Below, piece by piece: positions 42,961-55,880 of a DNA stretch of 64,000 bases. The stretch's first letter is position 1. Every line of letters begins with the position of its first letter. The position numbers were made by a program, and so were the translations under genes. A model generated the notes under the pieces. It was not told where the DNA came from and ran no database searches. It saw nothing but the letters and a program-made list of their open reading frames with translations. This DNA is from Octopus sinensis (taxonomy: Eukaryota): contig NW_021832598.1 of NCBI RefSeq assembly GCF_006345805.1, positions 43,039 through 107,038 on the forward strand. Reading direction: 5' to 3'.

Positions 42961-43123
42961 TGCATTTCCCTCAAAATAAGTTAAGGAACTTACATATCTA
43001 CAGCTCATACAAACGTACACCTAACAAGAAAAATTAGAAACATGAATATCTCCAACTTTGTGTGAACATTTAGTCGTCTCTCATGACTATAAGAATGTGT
43101 AAAATTGCCTTTTAAATTGCCTC

Positions 43124-44254
43124 TTCATTTCCAAGGCCTGTTTTTTCAGATTTTTCCTACTTAACCAAACAATTTGAAACTTCGTATACTAGTAGAATGT
43201 GTCAAAAGAAAACATAATTGTAAACCAGAATGAAAACGGAATTGTAATTTCAAAGTTTAACGTTGTTTAATAATTAGAATTTTAACCAATGGTATTCGGT
43301 CTTTCGGCTTCATATTATTTACTCCGTCTCAATAGACGTAAACGGCTATTTTGCTGACGATTTAACATACGTGAAATGTAAACACCCGGTTACCGTATTC
43401 CTTCAGTTTCTATTCACATTTTTTAAAATATATTATTAACTAACTTATATATTAAACTTATATATTATATAACTAACTTAGTTTTTGTAAATTTTCGTAT
43501 ATTTTTTGTGATTTTTATTCCTTACTTTATTCGTGTAACTTTTATTTCTGTAACTTTTTATCTTTGGCAATCTTTCGTATGTATGTGTATGTATGTGCGT
43601 GTGTGTATGTATGTATGTATGGCCGATTCAGTGTTTACATTATTTCGAGTTAAAACGAAAGATTACCTTTGCTATGTAGAAAATAATGAGGTTGACTCAA
43701 TGGAATAATGACAGTGATCGAAGATATAGACAAAATTTTTTTTGGTAATCTTTCGTTTTAACTCGAAATAATGTAAACACTGAATCGGCCATACATACAT
43801 ACACATACACACATACATAGATACATACACACACACACATACATGCATACACCGAGTAAAAAATTTCAGTTATCTCTCTCTTTCACACATTACTCTCTCT
43901 GTCTCTTCACACACACTAACAGAAGTACTTCACTTACACAACATACTTTCTGTCTCCCACACCCCATCAAACACACACACGCACACAAAACACAGACCTA
44001 CGCACAGCTGTCTACGTCACAAAATAGCTTTCTACGTCACACTAAGATAATGCAGTTAATTATTTCAAATGAAAACAAACAATACGATTGGTTAAACTTC
44101 GCAGACTTAATCTACCCGTAAAGTTATAAAATACATTTTTCTCAAATAAACAAGTTGAAACTAGTGTTTTCTTTTGAGACACTCTACCAGTATACGAAGT
44201 TTCAAATTATTTAGTTAACTAGAAAAATCTGACAAAACAGGCCTTGGAAATGAA
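43124..44254. repeat. Inverted-repeat pair (43124-43214 and 44165-44254) enclosing ~950 bp
   Basis: TTCATTTCCAAGGCCTG...AAAGAAAACA is mirrored with a few mismatches. Confidence 0.88.
43621..43790. repeat. Perfect 47-bp inverted repeat (43621-43667 and 43744-43790) extended by (TATG)n/(CATA)n
   Basis: Checked base by base; 76-nt spacer. Confidence 0.95.
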
Positions 44255-44989
44255 AAAATCCGCCTTTTATTATAACAACACAATTAAATGCACGATAAAA
44301 AATTATGGAAGTAAGCACCTGCTAATATATTCATACAACTGAATTCAGAAATTTAAAAAATCTTCGACGTGACATCAGATAATATGTGTGTGTGAGTATA
44401 CATATACATATACATATGTATGAGGAAAGGAAGAAAAGAGAAAGAAAAAAAAATTAATGTAAACAGGTTTGACCTTTTACTGACTATTAATTCCTTTGTC
44501 TCCACCATCTGCTCAATCTATTTATAGACCCATAGAACATGACCTCTTTAACCAACTATTCCCCCACACAATGGCAGTAGTGGTGATGATGGTGGCTGTG
44601 ACTACACATAAAACAATATCATTGATGATGATGATGGTGATGGTGATGTTGAAGATGATGATGATGGTGATGGTGGTGATGGTGATAGTAATAACAATAA
44701 TAACTGACAGATCCCTTTTTTTCTTTTCTTTCTCTGTATTTTATTCTCATTATATCGAACTAATACAGGAAGAGTGAGCCTTTTATAAGTTTAAAAGAGG
44801 AAGGGAAAGGAAGGAAGGAAAAAGGGGAAGAAGGAGATAGAGAGAAAGAGAGAGGAAAAAAGAAGAGAAGGAGGAAAAAATGTTCGGAGATTAAACTATC
44901 AACAAAAAAAATACAGACGAATACAGATCTGCTAGCCTTAAGAAGCTGCGCTACGAGCAATGCTTACGTGTAGAGAACCCTAAACTGAT

Positions 44990-47900
44990 AGATCCATCTA
45001 CTAATGTAAGAATGGAAGCTCGTCATGCTTCAATGTCAACAAATCAAACTATAAACCGCATTGGTCGTCGCGCGGATTACAAAAGACCACGTACCCGAAA
45101 ATTGAACCAAATTCTGATTGAAAAATCAGCTACTGGATCAAATCTTCCCAACACACAGGAGCTGGACGTACCCCACAACCGGAATATTCCAACAGATGGC
45201 CATCCATGCTCGTCATCAAATAATCGAAAGAAAAAGACGGAAAAATGGTTTAGGGAAGATAATAAAGAAGTTCTTGAGGCCTTCTACCATGCCATATATT
45301 TCCCCACAGATAAATCTAACACTGTACAAACATACTTAAACTGGAGACAGAAACACTCTGAAGTAAGACCTTACATAGACAGTAACAAACTTGTCAACGT
45401 CAGAAGAAACATTATAAAAAAAAACATTACTGACTGAAGTAGAGATTGATCAAGTTAGACAAGCAAATCGGATAAAATCAACGAAGCTGCAACTAGAGAA
45501 GATAATACAGAGGAAATAATTATAGACCAGCCTAGGGCTGATAAAAACGAAGTAAGGATTGAAAGAGTTAGCATAAGTGATAGGCAAAGTAAAATACTCC
45601 CGGAACCAATCATAAACACTAAGACAGATGAACATCAAATAAATAAAAAAAAGTCACACAAATATTGACCCAACAGAACTACATGAGCTAAAAAATCAAA
45701 TCATGATTGAATGGCTGAAAATTAAAGAAACCAGCATGGTTGAACGTGATACACTCCCTAAAATCCGCAACTCTAACCAAAACATGAAAATAATTGGTAA
45801 AATCCGGCTTGCACTTAAGACTATAATTTCAGCTAATGACGTTGATATCACAAATCTCAACCACCTATACTCAACGATCTCAACGATCCTATGTGGTGTA
45901 AAGATTAGAAAAAGGCAACATTCCCACAAAAAGCCTTCTTGGCAAGAGCGTTTGCAACAACAAATTAAACTATTTAATCTGACATTGAATATTTGAAAAA
46001 CCTTAAGGTTCACAAGACTACCAAACCTACAAAAACCCAAATATTACTGAAAAAATACAATATGAAAACTATACTTGATATTGATGCCACCATAGAAACC
46101 ATCAAACAAAAGGTATCTGCCAAAGCTGCCCGCATAGCGAGGTATGAAAAGCGTGTTAGATTTTTCAAGGACAACGACATGTTCAAAAATAACCCCAAGA
46201 ATTTTTATAGGAAGATAGGAAAAACAGCGTTTACTGCAGGGTCTGTACCATCAAAAGAAGTCCAGGGATTTTGGAATAAAATTTTGGCAGAAGAAAAAAC
46301 ACACAACGAAAAGGTCCCCTGGATTGACAGAATATCTACAGAACTGGACCCTTTAGAAGAGCAAAAGTGGGAGGGTGTCAAGGTAGAAGATATAAGATCT
46401 GCTCTTAGGAGGTCAAGCAAATGGAAGTCTCCAGGAAAGGATAAAATTCCTAACTTCTGGCTGAATGCCTTCCCAGAGAGCCATGAACTGCTAACAGAAC
46501 TGTACAATGATGTTTTGCAACACCCTAGTAGGATGCCTCCTTGGCTAGTTAATGGGTTAACATTCCTGCATCCAAAAAGTGAAGAAACAAATGAACCAAA
46601 AAACTATAGACCAATAAACTGCTTAACAACTATGTATAAAACGCTAACATCTGTCCTGACAGAATATACTTATTGTTTTTTAACAGGCAGCAGTATATTC
46701 CCTAATGAACAGAAAGGATGTAAACGTGGATACTACGGCTGTAAAGATCAACTACTCATCAATAAGATGATCTTAGAAGATTGTCACAAACGACACAAAA
46801 ACTTATCAATAGCCTGGATAGACTATAAAAAGGCTTTTGATAGCCTACCACATAGCTGGGTTAGGAAATGCCTGGAAATGTATAAGATAGCACCTACTCT
46901 GCGAAACTTTTTCACTGTAAGTATGAGATCATGGAGAACCACACTAACTCTGAACAGTGACAATGAATCCCTAAATGCTGGTGATGTAAAAATATCGTGT
47001 GGCATTTTCCAGGGTGACTCACTGTCACCACTCCTCTTTTGTTTAGCCTTAATACCTCTCTCAAAACTGATCAATGACGCGCAGTACGGGTATAAAATGT
47101 TTGATAAAAATATAAATCATCTCACTTACATGGATGATTTAAAGCTTTTTGCGAAAAATTACCAACAACTCAAAGGCTTACTAGCGATAGTCAAACAATT
47201 CAGTGACGACATCAGAATGCAATTCGGCCTCGATAAATGTGCAAAAGCTACCTTTATCAAAGGAAAACTGACAGATACATCTAACGTTAACCTTGACCAG
47301 CAGAATGTCATAAAAGAACTAGACCCAGCGGAGAGCTACAAGTACCTAGAGGTAATTGAAGGGAACGGAATAAGGCATTCATGGATGAAGGAAAGGATCA
47401 GGAGAGAATGTTATCGAAGAGTGAGAGCAATACTCAAGACAGAGTTGAATGCAAGAAACAGGATCGAAGCGATCAATGCATTAGCCATACCAGTCGTGAC
47501 TTACAGTTTCAATATCATTAACTGGTCAATTACTGAAATATGTCAGCTCGACAGAAAAATAAGAAAACTGTTGACAATGCATAGAATGCATCACCCTAAG
47601 GCAGATACAGAACGACTTTATCTGCCAAGAAAAGAGGGAGACCGTGGTCTTTTGGAACTGGCAATAACAATGACGATTGCTACAATTGGCCTAGACACCT
47701 ACCTGAAAAAGTCTGAGGACTGGATGTTAAAACTTGTCTCAAAACATGAAAACAAGAAAGCATCATACTCAGTAACAAAACAGGCAAAGGAATATCTAAG
47801 TGAATTCCGAATACAACGAATTTCGGAATTAGAGATAGACATACAAGAAACAAGCACAGAAAAAGCTAGGCGCATGAAAACCCGTGCCAAAACTGCGGCT

Positions 47901-48873
47901 TTAGATATTCTGAATAATAAATGGCAAGAAAAACCTCTCTATGGCAAATACCCAAAGAGAGCGAATAATGCAGATATTGACAAAGCCCTGACCCATCAAT
48001 GGCTAATAGCCTCTAGCTTAAAATCTGAAACAGAAGGGTTTATCATAGCAGCTCAAGATCAATGCCTACCAACAAGAAACTACCAGGCCAACATATTAAA
48101 GAACGGCAGTAGCCCAACATGTCGTGTATGCCGACAACAAAATGAAACCATTGATCATGTTGTCTCCAAATGCAGTCTTCTAGCGCCTACAGAGTACCTC
48201 AACAGGCATGATAGAGCTGCACAATATATTCACTGGGTAATTTGCAAAAACCTGGATTTGCCCCATGAAAAAAACTGGTGGGGACACAATCCACCTCCAG
48301 TGCTTGAAAATGACCACATCTCACTCCTCTGGAACTTCACCATTCAAACTGACAGAAAGATAGATGCAAATAAGCCAGACATCATATTGAAAGACTTCAG
48401 ACAAAGAACATGCCTCCTCATTGATATGATTGTCCCAATCGATATAAACGTATCTGTCAAGACCTACCAAGAACTGAGCAAATATAAAGATCTTGAAATA
48501 GAAATCAGCAAAATGTGGAGCCTGAAGACTAAAACAATACCTGTTGTCATAGGTGCCCTGGGAATGATAGCGAAAGGGGCTGATTGCAACCTAACTCAGA
48601 TACCAGGAAACCCCAAAATGGCAGAAATTCAAAAGATAGTGCTCATGGGAACTGCTCATATCCTACGCAAAATACTCTCTATGTAATCCCAAAGTTTAAA
48701 ACAAACTTTTTTTTTAATTTATGTATTAGACATTCACTAGTACAACACCAAAAAAACCCCAAATATATGGCACGCTAGGCATAACAACAACGTGAACTTC
48801 CAACCTGTTGTCTCTTGAGGTCCCTGGGTGAGACTTGGAGCCAACTTGTACAGACATAAAGCAAAAGTCAAAC

Positions 48874-48876
<3 letters not shown>
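44990..48876 (+). mobile_element. Near-full-length R4/Dong-type non-LTR retrotransposon
   Basis: N-terminal ORF fragments (KKWFREDNKEVLEAFYHA), an 897-aa RT-CCHC-RLE ORF and a 3' UTR ending in (TAA)n. The 5' boundary is approximate. Confidence 0.93.
45993..48686 (+). CDS. Reverse transcriptase, CCHC knuckle and restriction-like endonuclease ORF (R4/Dong clade)
   Basis: [64 protein letters not shown]. Uninterrupted for 897 codons; the N-terminus is split off by frameshifts. Confidence 0.93.
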   Translation: MKNLKVHKTTKPTKTQILLKKYNMKTILDIDATIETIKQKVSAKAARIARYEKRVRFFKDNDMFKNNPKNFYRKIGKTAFTAGSVPSKEVQGFWNKILAEEKTHNEKVPWIDRISTELDPLEEQKWEGVKVEDIRSALRRSSKWKSPGKDKIPNFWLNAFPESHELLTELYNDVLQHPSRMPPWLVNGLTFLHPKSEETNEPKNYRPINCLTTMYKTLTSVLTEYTYCFLTGSSIFPNEQKGCKRGYYGCKDQLLINKMILEDCHKRHKNLSIAWIDYKKAFDSLPHSWVRKCLEMYKIAPTLRNFFTVSMRSWRTTLTLNSDNESLNAGDVKISCGIFQGDSLSPLLFCLALIPLSKLINDAQYGYKMFDKNINHLTYMDDLKLFAKNYQQLKGLLAIVKQFSDDIRMQFGLDKCAKATFIKGKLTDTSNVNLDQQNVIKELDPAESYKYLEVIEGNGIRHSWMKERIRRECYRRVRAILKTELNARNRIEAINALAIPVVTYSFNIINWSITEICQLDRKIRKLLTMHRMHHPKADTERLYLPRKEGDRGLLELAITMTIATIGLDTYLKKSEDWMLKLVSKHENKKASYSVTKQAKEYLSEFRIQRISELEIDIQETSTEKARRMKTRAKTAALDILNNKWQEKPLYGKYPKRANNADIDKALTHQWLIASSLKSETEGFIIAAQDQCLPTRNYQANILKNGSSPTCRVCRQQNETIDHVVSKCSLLAPTEYLNRHDRAAQYIHWVICKNLDLPHEKNWWGHNPPPVLENDHISLLWNFTIQTDRKIDANKPDIILKDFRQRTCLLIDMIVPIDINVSVKTYQELSKYKDLEIEISKMWSLKTKTIPVVIGALGMIAKGADCNLTQIPGNPKMAEIQKIVLMGTAHILRKILSM

Positions 48877-48907
<31 letters not shown>
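48877..48907. repeat. (TAA)10 junction between two RLE retrotransposons
   Basis: Directly visible. Confidence 0.97.
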
Positions 48908-51385
48908 CACAATAGCAGACCTAAGAAAGGCACTCACGAAGGCCCATAATTGGAAATCCCCCGGTAAAGATAGGGTGCCGAATTTCTGGCTCGCATCGCT
49001 CCCGTGCGCACACGGTAAGCTAGTTCAGCTGCTCAATGGAATTTTGAGAGACCCAAAGAAAACACCTGAATGGTTAGCAAGTGGCATTACTTACCTACTC
49101 CCAAAGAATAACGAAACCAACCTTCCAAAAAACTATCGGCCTATAACCTGTCTATCCACCACGTATAAAATCCTAACATCTATCCTGGCGGAGAAAACAT
49201 ATGCATTCATGGAGAAGAACGATATTTTTCCCCATTGAACAAAAAGGGTGCCGCCGAGGCTCTTACGGATGCAAAGATCAACTGCTAATCAATCGTATGA
49301 TCCTTGAGAACTGTCACAACAAGCGCAGAAATCTCAGCACCGCATGGATTGACTATAAAAAGGCCTTCGACAGTATACCGCATCCATGGATCTTGAGATC
49401 GCTGGACATCTTTAAAATTTCCCCTGTGATTTCAAACTTCCTGAAGCACAATATGTCGTTGTGGAATACGAATCTCCAATTATACCACTCTAATGGAGTA
49501 CTTGCCTCAGAAAATATAAACATCAACTGTGGAATTTTTCAAGGTGACTCACTTTCACCTTTAATATTCTGCATAGCCCTAATACCCCTTACAAGTGAAT
49601 TAAACAGAACAGGGTATGGGTATAAAATTGCCAATAAAAAAATAAGCCATCTATTTTATATGGATGACTTAAAACTTTATGGTAAAGACAATAATGAACT
49701 TGAAGGCCTATTGCGCACCGTGAAAGCATTCAGCGATGACATCGGAATGGAGTTTGGAGTTGAGAAGTGCGCCAAGGCCACTTTCCAGAAAGGGAAAGTG
49801 AAGACCACAAATTCAGTCGTGTTAGATGTTGACACAGTCATAAGAGAGCTTGAGCAAGAACAGACATACAAATATTTAGGGATAAATGAGGCTCTGGTAT
49901 TCAGCATGCAAGCATGAAAGAGAAAATCAAGAAGGAATGTTATAGGAGAGTTCGTGCAGTCCTGAAATCTGAACTAAATGCACGTAACAAGGTGTTAGCT
50001 ATAAATTCCTTAGCAGTTCCAGTTGTTACTTATAGCTACAATGTGTTGAACTGGAATATGAGTGAAGTAAAGAATATAGATAGAAAAATACGCAAGCTGC
50101 TGAGTTGTAATAGGATGCACCACCCAAAGGCAGACGTAGATCGCCTTTACCTTCCCAGAGCCCAAGGAGGTCGAGACCTGATCCAATTTGAACTAGCTTA
50201 CAAAACAACCTCAATTGGACTGGCCAAATATCTCGAAATATCGAATGACAGGATGCTAAAGCTCGTGGAAAATCACGAGAGACGAAAGAAGCTTCATTCT
50301 ATCATCAAGGAAAGCAAAAAATTTGCTATTGATCTCGTGCAGGATACCCAAACTGAACAACCCGAGGGAAGTACGGCAACTATTGTTGCAAAGAAGGTGA
50401 AAATGATGGCAATGAAAAAAGCGCACGAGCAATTGGCTGATAGGTGGGAGGAGAAACCTCTGCACGGCAAATATGTGACCCGCAGCAAACAAGCTGATGT
50501 TGACCAGAAGCAAACCCATCAGTGGCTGCGGAGCTCAGGGCTAAAAGCAGAGAGCGAAGGTTTCATCCTGGCTGCTCAAGACCAAAGCCTATTAACCCGG
50601 AACTACCAGGCCAATGTGATGAAAAATGGAGCAGACCCAAAATGCCGATTCTGCAACGACATGATTAAAACAGTGGACCACCTAATCTCTGGATGTAAAG
50701 TCTTAGCACCAGTGGAGTATAAATTAAGACATGACAGAGTTGGCCAATATCTCCACTGGCTAATAAGCCGGCATTACAATATCAAAACTGCCGACAAGTG
50801 GTATAATCACCACCCTGAGGCTGTAACTGAAGGAGAAAATGTAACCATTCTGTGGGACTTTCCAGTACATACAGACCGAACCATCAAGGCCAATAAACCA
50901 GATATTGTTGTGAAAGACCAAAACAATAAAGTTTGCTTATTAATCGACATGAGCATCCCCTGTGATCATAATATCTCAGCGAAAGAGTTTGACAAGCTCA
51001 GAAAATATAAAGACCTACTCATTGAAATTGAGAAAATGTGGCATCTCAAGGCGGTTACAATACCAGTGATCGTAGGAGCACTAGGAATGATCAAGAAGGG
51101 AACCGAAAATTATATGAGAATGATCCCTGGCTTACCATCCCTGCAAGAAGTGCAAAAGATTATCTTAACTGGTACATCACACGTATTGAGAAGAGCATTG
51201 TCGATGTGAGAACTGTTGCTGCTCAAGTATTTTAATTTAACTTTAAAAAAAAAAAAAAAAAAAATGAACGAATTACTGAGTTTGGTTTAATGGCCTACCA
51301 ATATACACTATGAGTTTCTTTGCCCTAGGAGTCGGGAAGACACTAGGCAAGAAATGGAAGAAAATTTGAAAGAAGAAAAAAAAAG
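48908..51385 (+). mobile_element. 5'-truncated young R4/Dong retrotransposon with two 1-nt frameshifts
   Basis: ORF pieces 48908-49238, 49201-49917 and 49914-51209; YMDDLKL, CRFCNDMIKTVDHLISGC, RHD, KPD..D, KLRKY; (TAA)n tail at 51386-51502. Confidence 0.95.
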
Positions 51386-51423
51386 TAATAATAATAATAA
51401 TAATAATGATAATAATAATAATG

Positions 51424-51484
<61 letters not shown>

Positions 51485-51639
51485 TAATAATAATAATAAT
51501 AATGGTTTCATCCACTCTATTACAGATGCGGCAGAGCGGAGACACTTGCTCATTCCTCAGGTTAACCCTCCAGTTCGTGGCCAAAGCTTGGTCTTGTGCT
51601 GCTAGTATTGTGATCTCGATCTCTTTTTTTTAGTGTTAT

Positions 51640-52560
51640 TTTCTACACCCAATTCCACCTATTTTTTCCAGCAACTTCTGTTGTGGATACATGGAATTGA
51701 TCATGTTGTCCCTTCTTACGCGATTCTTCTTTGTGTCCTTTTTGTGCTTTTTCCTTCCTTTGCCATTTTTCTCAGCTTTCAATATTCCCTTGATCACTAG
51801 TAAGTTTCCATACTTTGGGCAAGGTATCTCATTAAGCTCACGAGTTCGATACATTCTCAGTTATCCACAATTATCTGTCCCCTTCTTCCAGTTGCTCTCT
51901 TCATATATAGGCGATCAGTGTCTCCACGTGGATGATGGGCTCCATGCATGGTTAGGAGCTTTCTTGACTCACTTTCCATCTCCTTTAGCTCATTCTATGT
52001 CCACTTCAGTATCCAGCGTCATACCGAAATACTACGACTGCGCGCGAGCTTATTACTGAAATTATACCTCTGGCATTCAGCTTTGAAGACAGTATTTTTC
52101 TCACTCACTACAGGTACTCTCTTTTTGTCTCTTCCTTCATGCCTTGATGTTTGATTCCATCTGCCTTAAGTATTTCAGGTTATTTATAACTGGATTGAGG
52201 TTTAATTTCCATCATCATCTCACCACTTAGCAAACCTATGCCTTCTGTCCTGACAAGATTCTCTCGTCTCATCACTATAGTAGTCCATTTTCAGAGCCCA
52301 AACTCTATCATTGGAGAAAATCCACACAGACAGGATTAGGTTGTCCATTCCTACTTCACCTTTAGGGAACAACTTCAAGTCCTCCAGGAATAGCAAGTGG
52401 TTCAGTTTTCCCTTAACTCTTCCTTAACTCTGTTGTTTTGTAGTATTTCACTGAAAGGGATCATTCGCAGCACAAAGATCAGTGGTGACACACTGTCACA
52501 CTGAATATTTGACGCCCTACTGTCGATTCCGTTCGCCACCATTTCATCCCCATCCATATA
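51640..52560 (-). mobile_element. Decayed R4/Dong RT relic on the minus strand
   Basis: DSVSPLIFVLRMIP; ELKEMESESRKLLTMHG; HHPRGDTDRLYMKRATGRRG. Confidence 0.75.
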
Positions 52561-52684
52561 AGGCTTCTCGCTTATTATTATTGTTCAATAGTCTTATTTT
52601 CAACAAGTGCTTTCAGTGCACTACGGATCACAGGTCTGTCTGCCGTGGGCATGTACTGTAATTTTATGTGCTTTATTATCATTA

Positions 52685-53160
52685 TTGAGTGAGAGAACAG
52701 TGCATACCATCGAAATGACACTGAGGTAAAATATACGAAGCCCAATATACCCACCATGACTACCCGTTTGATAAGGGAACACCAGGCACATGCATCCCAA
52801 ACATTTGCGCAATGTGGTGATCCCATATTAAGATAAACAGCGCATGGCCTTGCGGGTAGGACCCAGTTAGAATTTTCTTCAGGTCGAGTATCCCATCCCG
52901 CTCAAAAGGTCCCCGAATAAGGTTTGTTTAAGGATGTTTAACGAAACACGCATGTTTCCAAAGGTGAATTATCCAAATCGCAAAGAATTTTTTTGAACAC
53001 ATAGCTATAATGCTTCCCCATTACTTCTTGATCAGCGATGCACATATCGTCAGCCACGAAGGGACATGCTCAACTGGTTAAGGTGAAACAACTGAGTAGG
53101 AAATCTAAGGTACTGAGCACAATATTTGCCGTGCCCCAAGACTAAACAATGTACATGGTA
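52685..53160 (-). mobile_element. Family D repeat, inverted copy
   Basis: Reverse complement of 20002-20538; starts next to a short ATT tract. Confidence 0.85.
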
Positions 53161-53296
53161 TTATTTATATTATTTACAATCGATGGATATCTGTCCTCAT
53201 CTTGTTTGCTGTTAACACGTTTCGATTGATATACCCTACAGCCTTCATCAGGTGTCTTGGGGAAATTTCGAACCTAGGTTCTCATTCTTAAGGTAA

Positions 53297-53330
<34 letters not shown>

Positions 53331-53339
53331 ATTATTATT

Positions 53340-53439
<100 letters not shown>

Positions 53440-54624
53440 TCACTGCCTGGAATCGAACTCGGAATCTTCGGGTTAGTAGCCCATGCTCTTAAGCACTACG
53501 CCGTAAGTGGTGGAAATTTGCTTATTAATGATTTGTTTACCCTGAAAGCTGGTAGTGTTGAGCGACTGGATTTAGTCCATAACATAAATCCAACTAGTTG
53601 ACTGGTACTTTATTTTATCGATCTCTAAACGATGAACAGTGAAGTTGCCTTCAGCAGGATTTGATCTCATATAAATATACGACTATACTCGCATATACGG
53701 GGCTGACTACGAATGGATAAATAAATATATAAATCAATGGCTATTGAAACCCCAGGAAATCGTATTATTGGTGAACATTGTGCAATATCTCACATATCGA
53801 AGTGATTGCAGAAAACTGTGAGATGAAGTGTTATGTTCAAGAACACAATGCCACATCCCATGCGGTAATGGAACACACGATCTCGCAATCGTGAGTATAA
53901 CGCTCTACCCACTAAACCACGTTCCCTCATTATATATTAACATGTTCACTCGGAGCATTTTAATTTCAAAATTGTTTCAGCAGAAGCTAAAGTGATTATT
54001 GCTGATAACAACGGTGGATTCAGCCTATCTATGGTACTGACATACAGCTATGTAAACGCGTTATCTGGTGCCAAGCGAATTGGTTCTTGTAATGCATTTG
54101 ACACTAGTTTATTTAGAGAGGTTGTTTGATTCCAAAACCTTCATTCTTTTGGGACATAATACTCACGATATATAAGTCTTTACATCTTTTTAGTTATGAG
54201 TTGACGTTCTGCTAGTATGGTTTAAATCATAATACATTCAAAATGAGAAATCAAGTACCAGCTGCATAATATTCATTAAGTTAAATGTACTCCCAACAAA
54301 CACTTTCAAAGATTTGTGCCAGTTTAATGAAATATATAAAAGGGATTGCTTAGCAAATTTGCTTGAGTGGCCAAAATTATTTTTTAAGGCAGAACGACAA
54401 AAAAAAACAACATCGTTTTACAATGGTGTTTGTAATGATCTTTAGACGAAGAGAACTCGACTAAATATACATCAGATTAAATACTAGTGACTGATATAAT
54501 GAAGTAAAATGTTTGCAGGCGTTGCCCCAGAATGGTCGTTATTCAAAACTTTGAAAACTATAAACCAAATCAGTATAAGCATACAAGCGTATGTGTGTGT
54601 ATATATATATATATAATATATATA

Positions 54625-54668
<44 letters not shown>

Positions 54669-55387
54669 GTGTGTGTGTATTTGTGTGCACATACATATAT
54701 ATATACATACATATATGTATGTATATATATATATATATAAAACTGAAATGCGTTTTTACCGCTTGGATCGCTTTCAAGGCCACTACATCCCGTCCGATTA
54801 ACTCCAAAATTTACAGGGACATGTAAAATGAGGTGACGATGCCCGTGGGCTACCTTAGAAATCCCTATATTAAAAGGTGTCGTTGCTAGGGCCAAAAATC
54901 CACTTTGACAAGTCCACTCCCGTTCTTTAATGTATCAGTCTTCCTCAACTCACTCTCGCTATTTCCTCTCTTCCCAGCACTTATTCACTCACTCTATTTC
55001 CTACCTTCCCATCACCTCGGCGTTCTTTTATGTATCTGTCTGCATTCATAGAGTGAATTACCATCGCCACCACCAACACACAATCATGACAACAAATATA
55101 ACGTAGGTTTTTCGTATCTATTACATTTTAACATTTATTTAGAACCCTGCAAATTTTTCGTGCTAAATTTTCATTTTTTACTACTTTATTATTTTTTCTT
55201 AAATTGATGCTTTTATTAAAATTAATTCTAATTGTCTGGGTCAACAGTTCGTTTCCTCGGAGGATATGGAAATTACTATTACTCGTCAGACAAATAACTC
55301 CAGCACCTCACAACTATTTCAACAAAGACAACGTTACCTGCTTACCAGTCGAATTCAGCGTCAACGCTCACGTATGAGAGGGACTCC

Positions 55388-55423
<36 letters not shown>

Positions 55424-55437
55424 ACACACACACATAT

Positions 55438-55656
55438 ACTCTTTTACTCTTTTTACTCTTTTACTTGTTTCAGTCATTTGACTGCGGCCATGCTGGAGCA
55501 CCGCCTTTAGTCGAGCAAATCGACCCCGGGACTTATTCTTTGTAAGCCCAGTACTTATTCTATCGATGTCTTTTGCCGAACCGCTAAGTGACGGGAATTT
55601 AAACACACCAGCATCGGTTGTCAAGCAATGCTAGGGGGACAAATACAGATAAACAA

Positions 55657-55720
<64 letters not shown>

Positions 55721-55880
55721 GACAGGCTTCTTTCAGTTTCCGTCTACCAAATCCACTCACAAGGCATTGGTCGGCCCGGGGCTATATCAGAAGACACTTG
55801 CCCAAGATGCCACGCAGTGGGACTGAACCCGGAACCATGTGGTTGGTTAGCAAGCTACTTACCACACAGCCACTCCTGCG
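55438..55880 (-). mobile_element. SINE family A, full-length
   Basis: Co-linear; (CTTTTACT)n tail on the plus strand. Confidence 0.9.

Noticed and set aside
54745-54810. GAAAGCGATC-containing TA-flanked repeat as a hammerhead
   Set aside because: The core reads CGGACGG and the helices do not pair; insufficient support.
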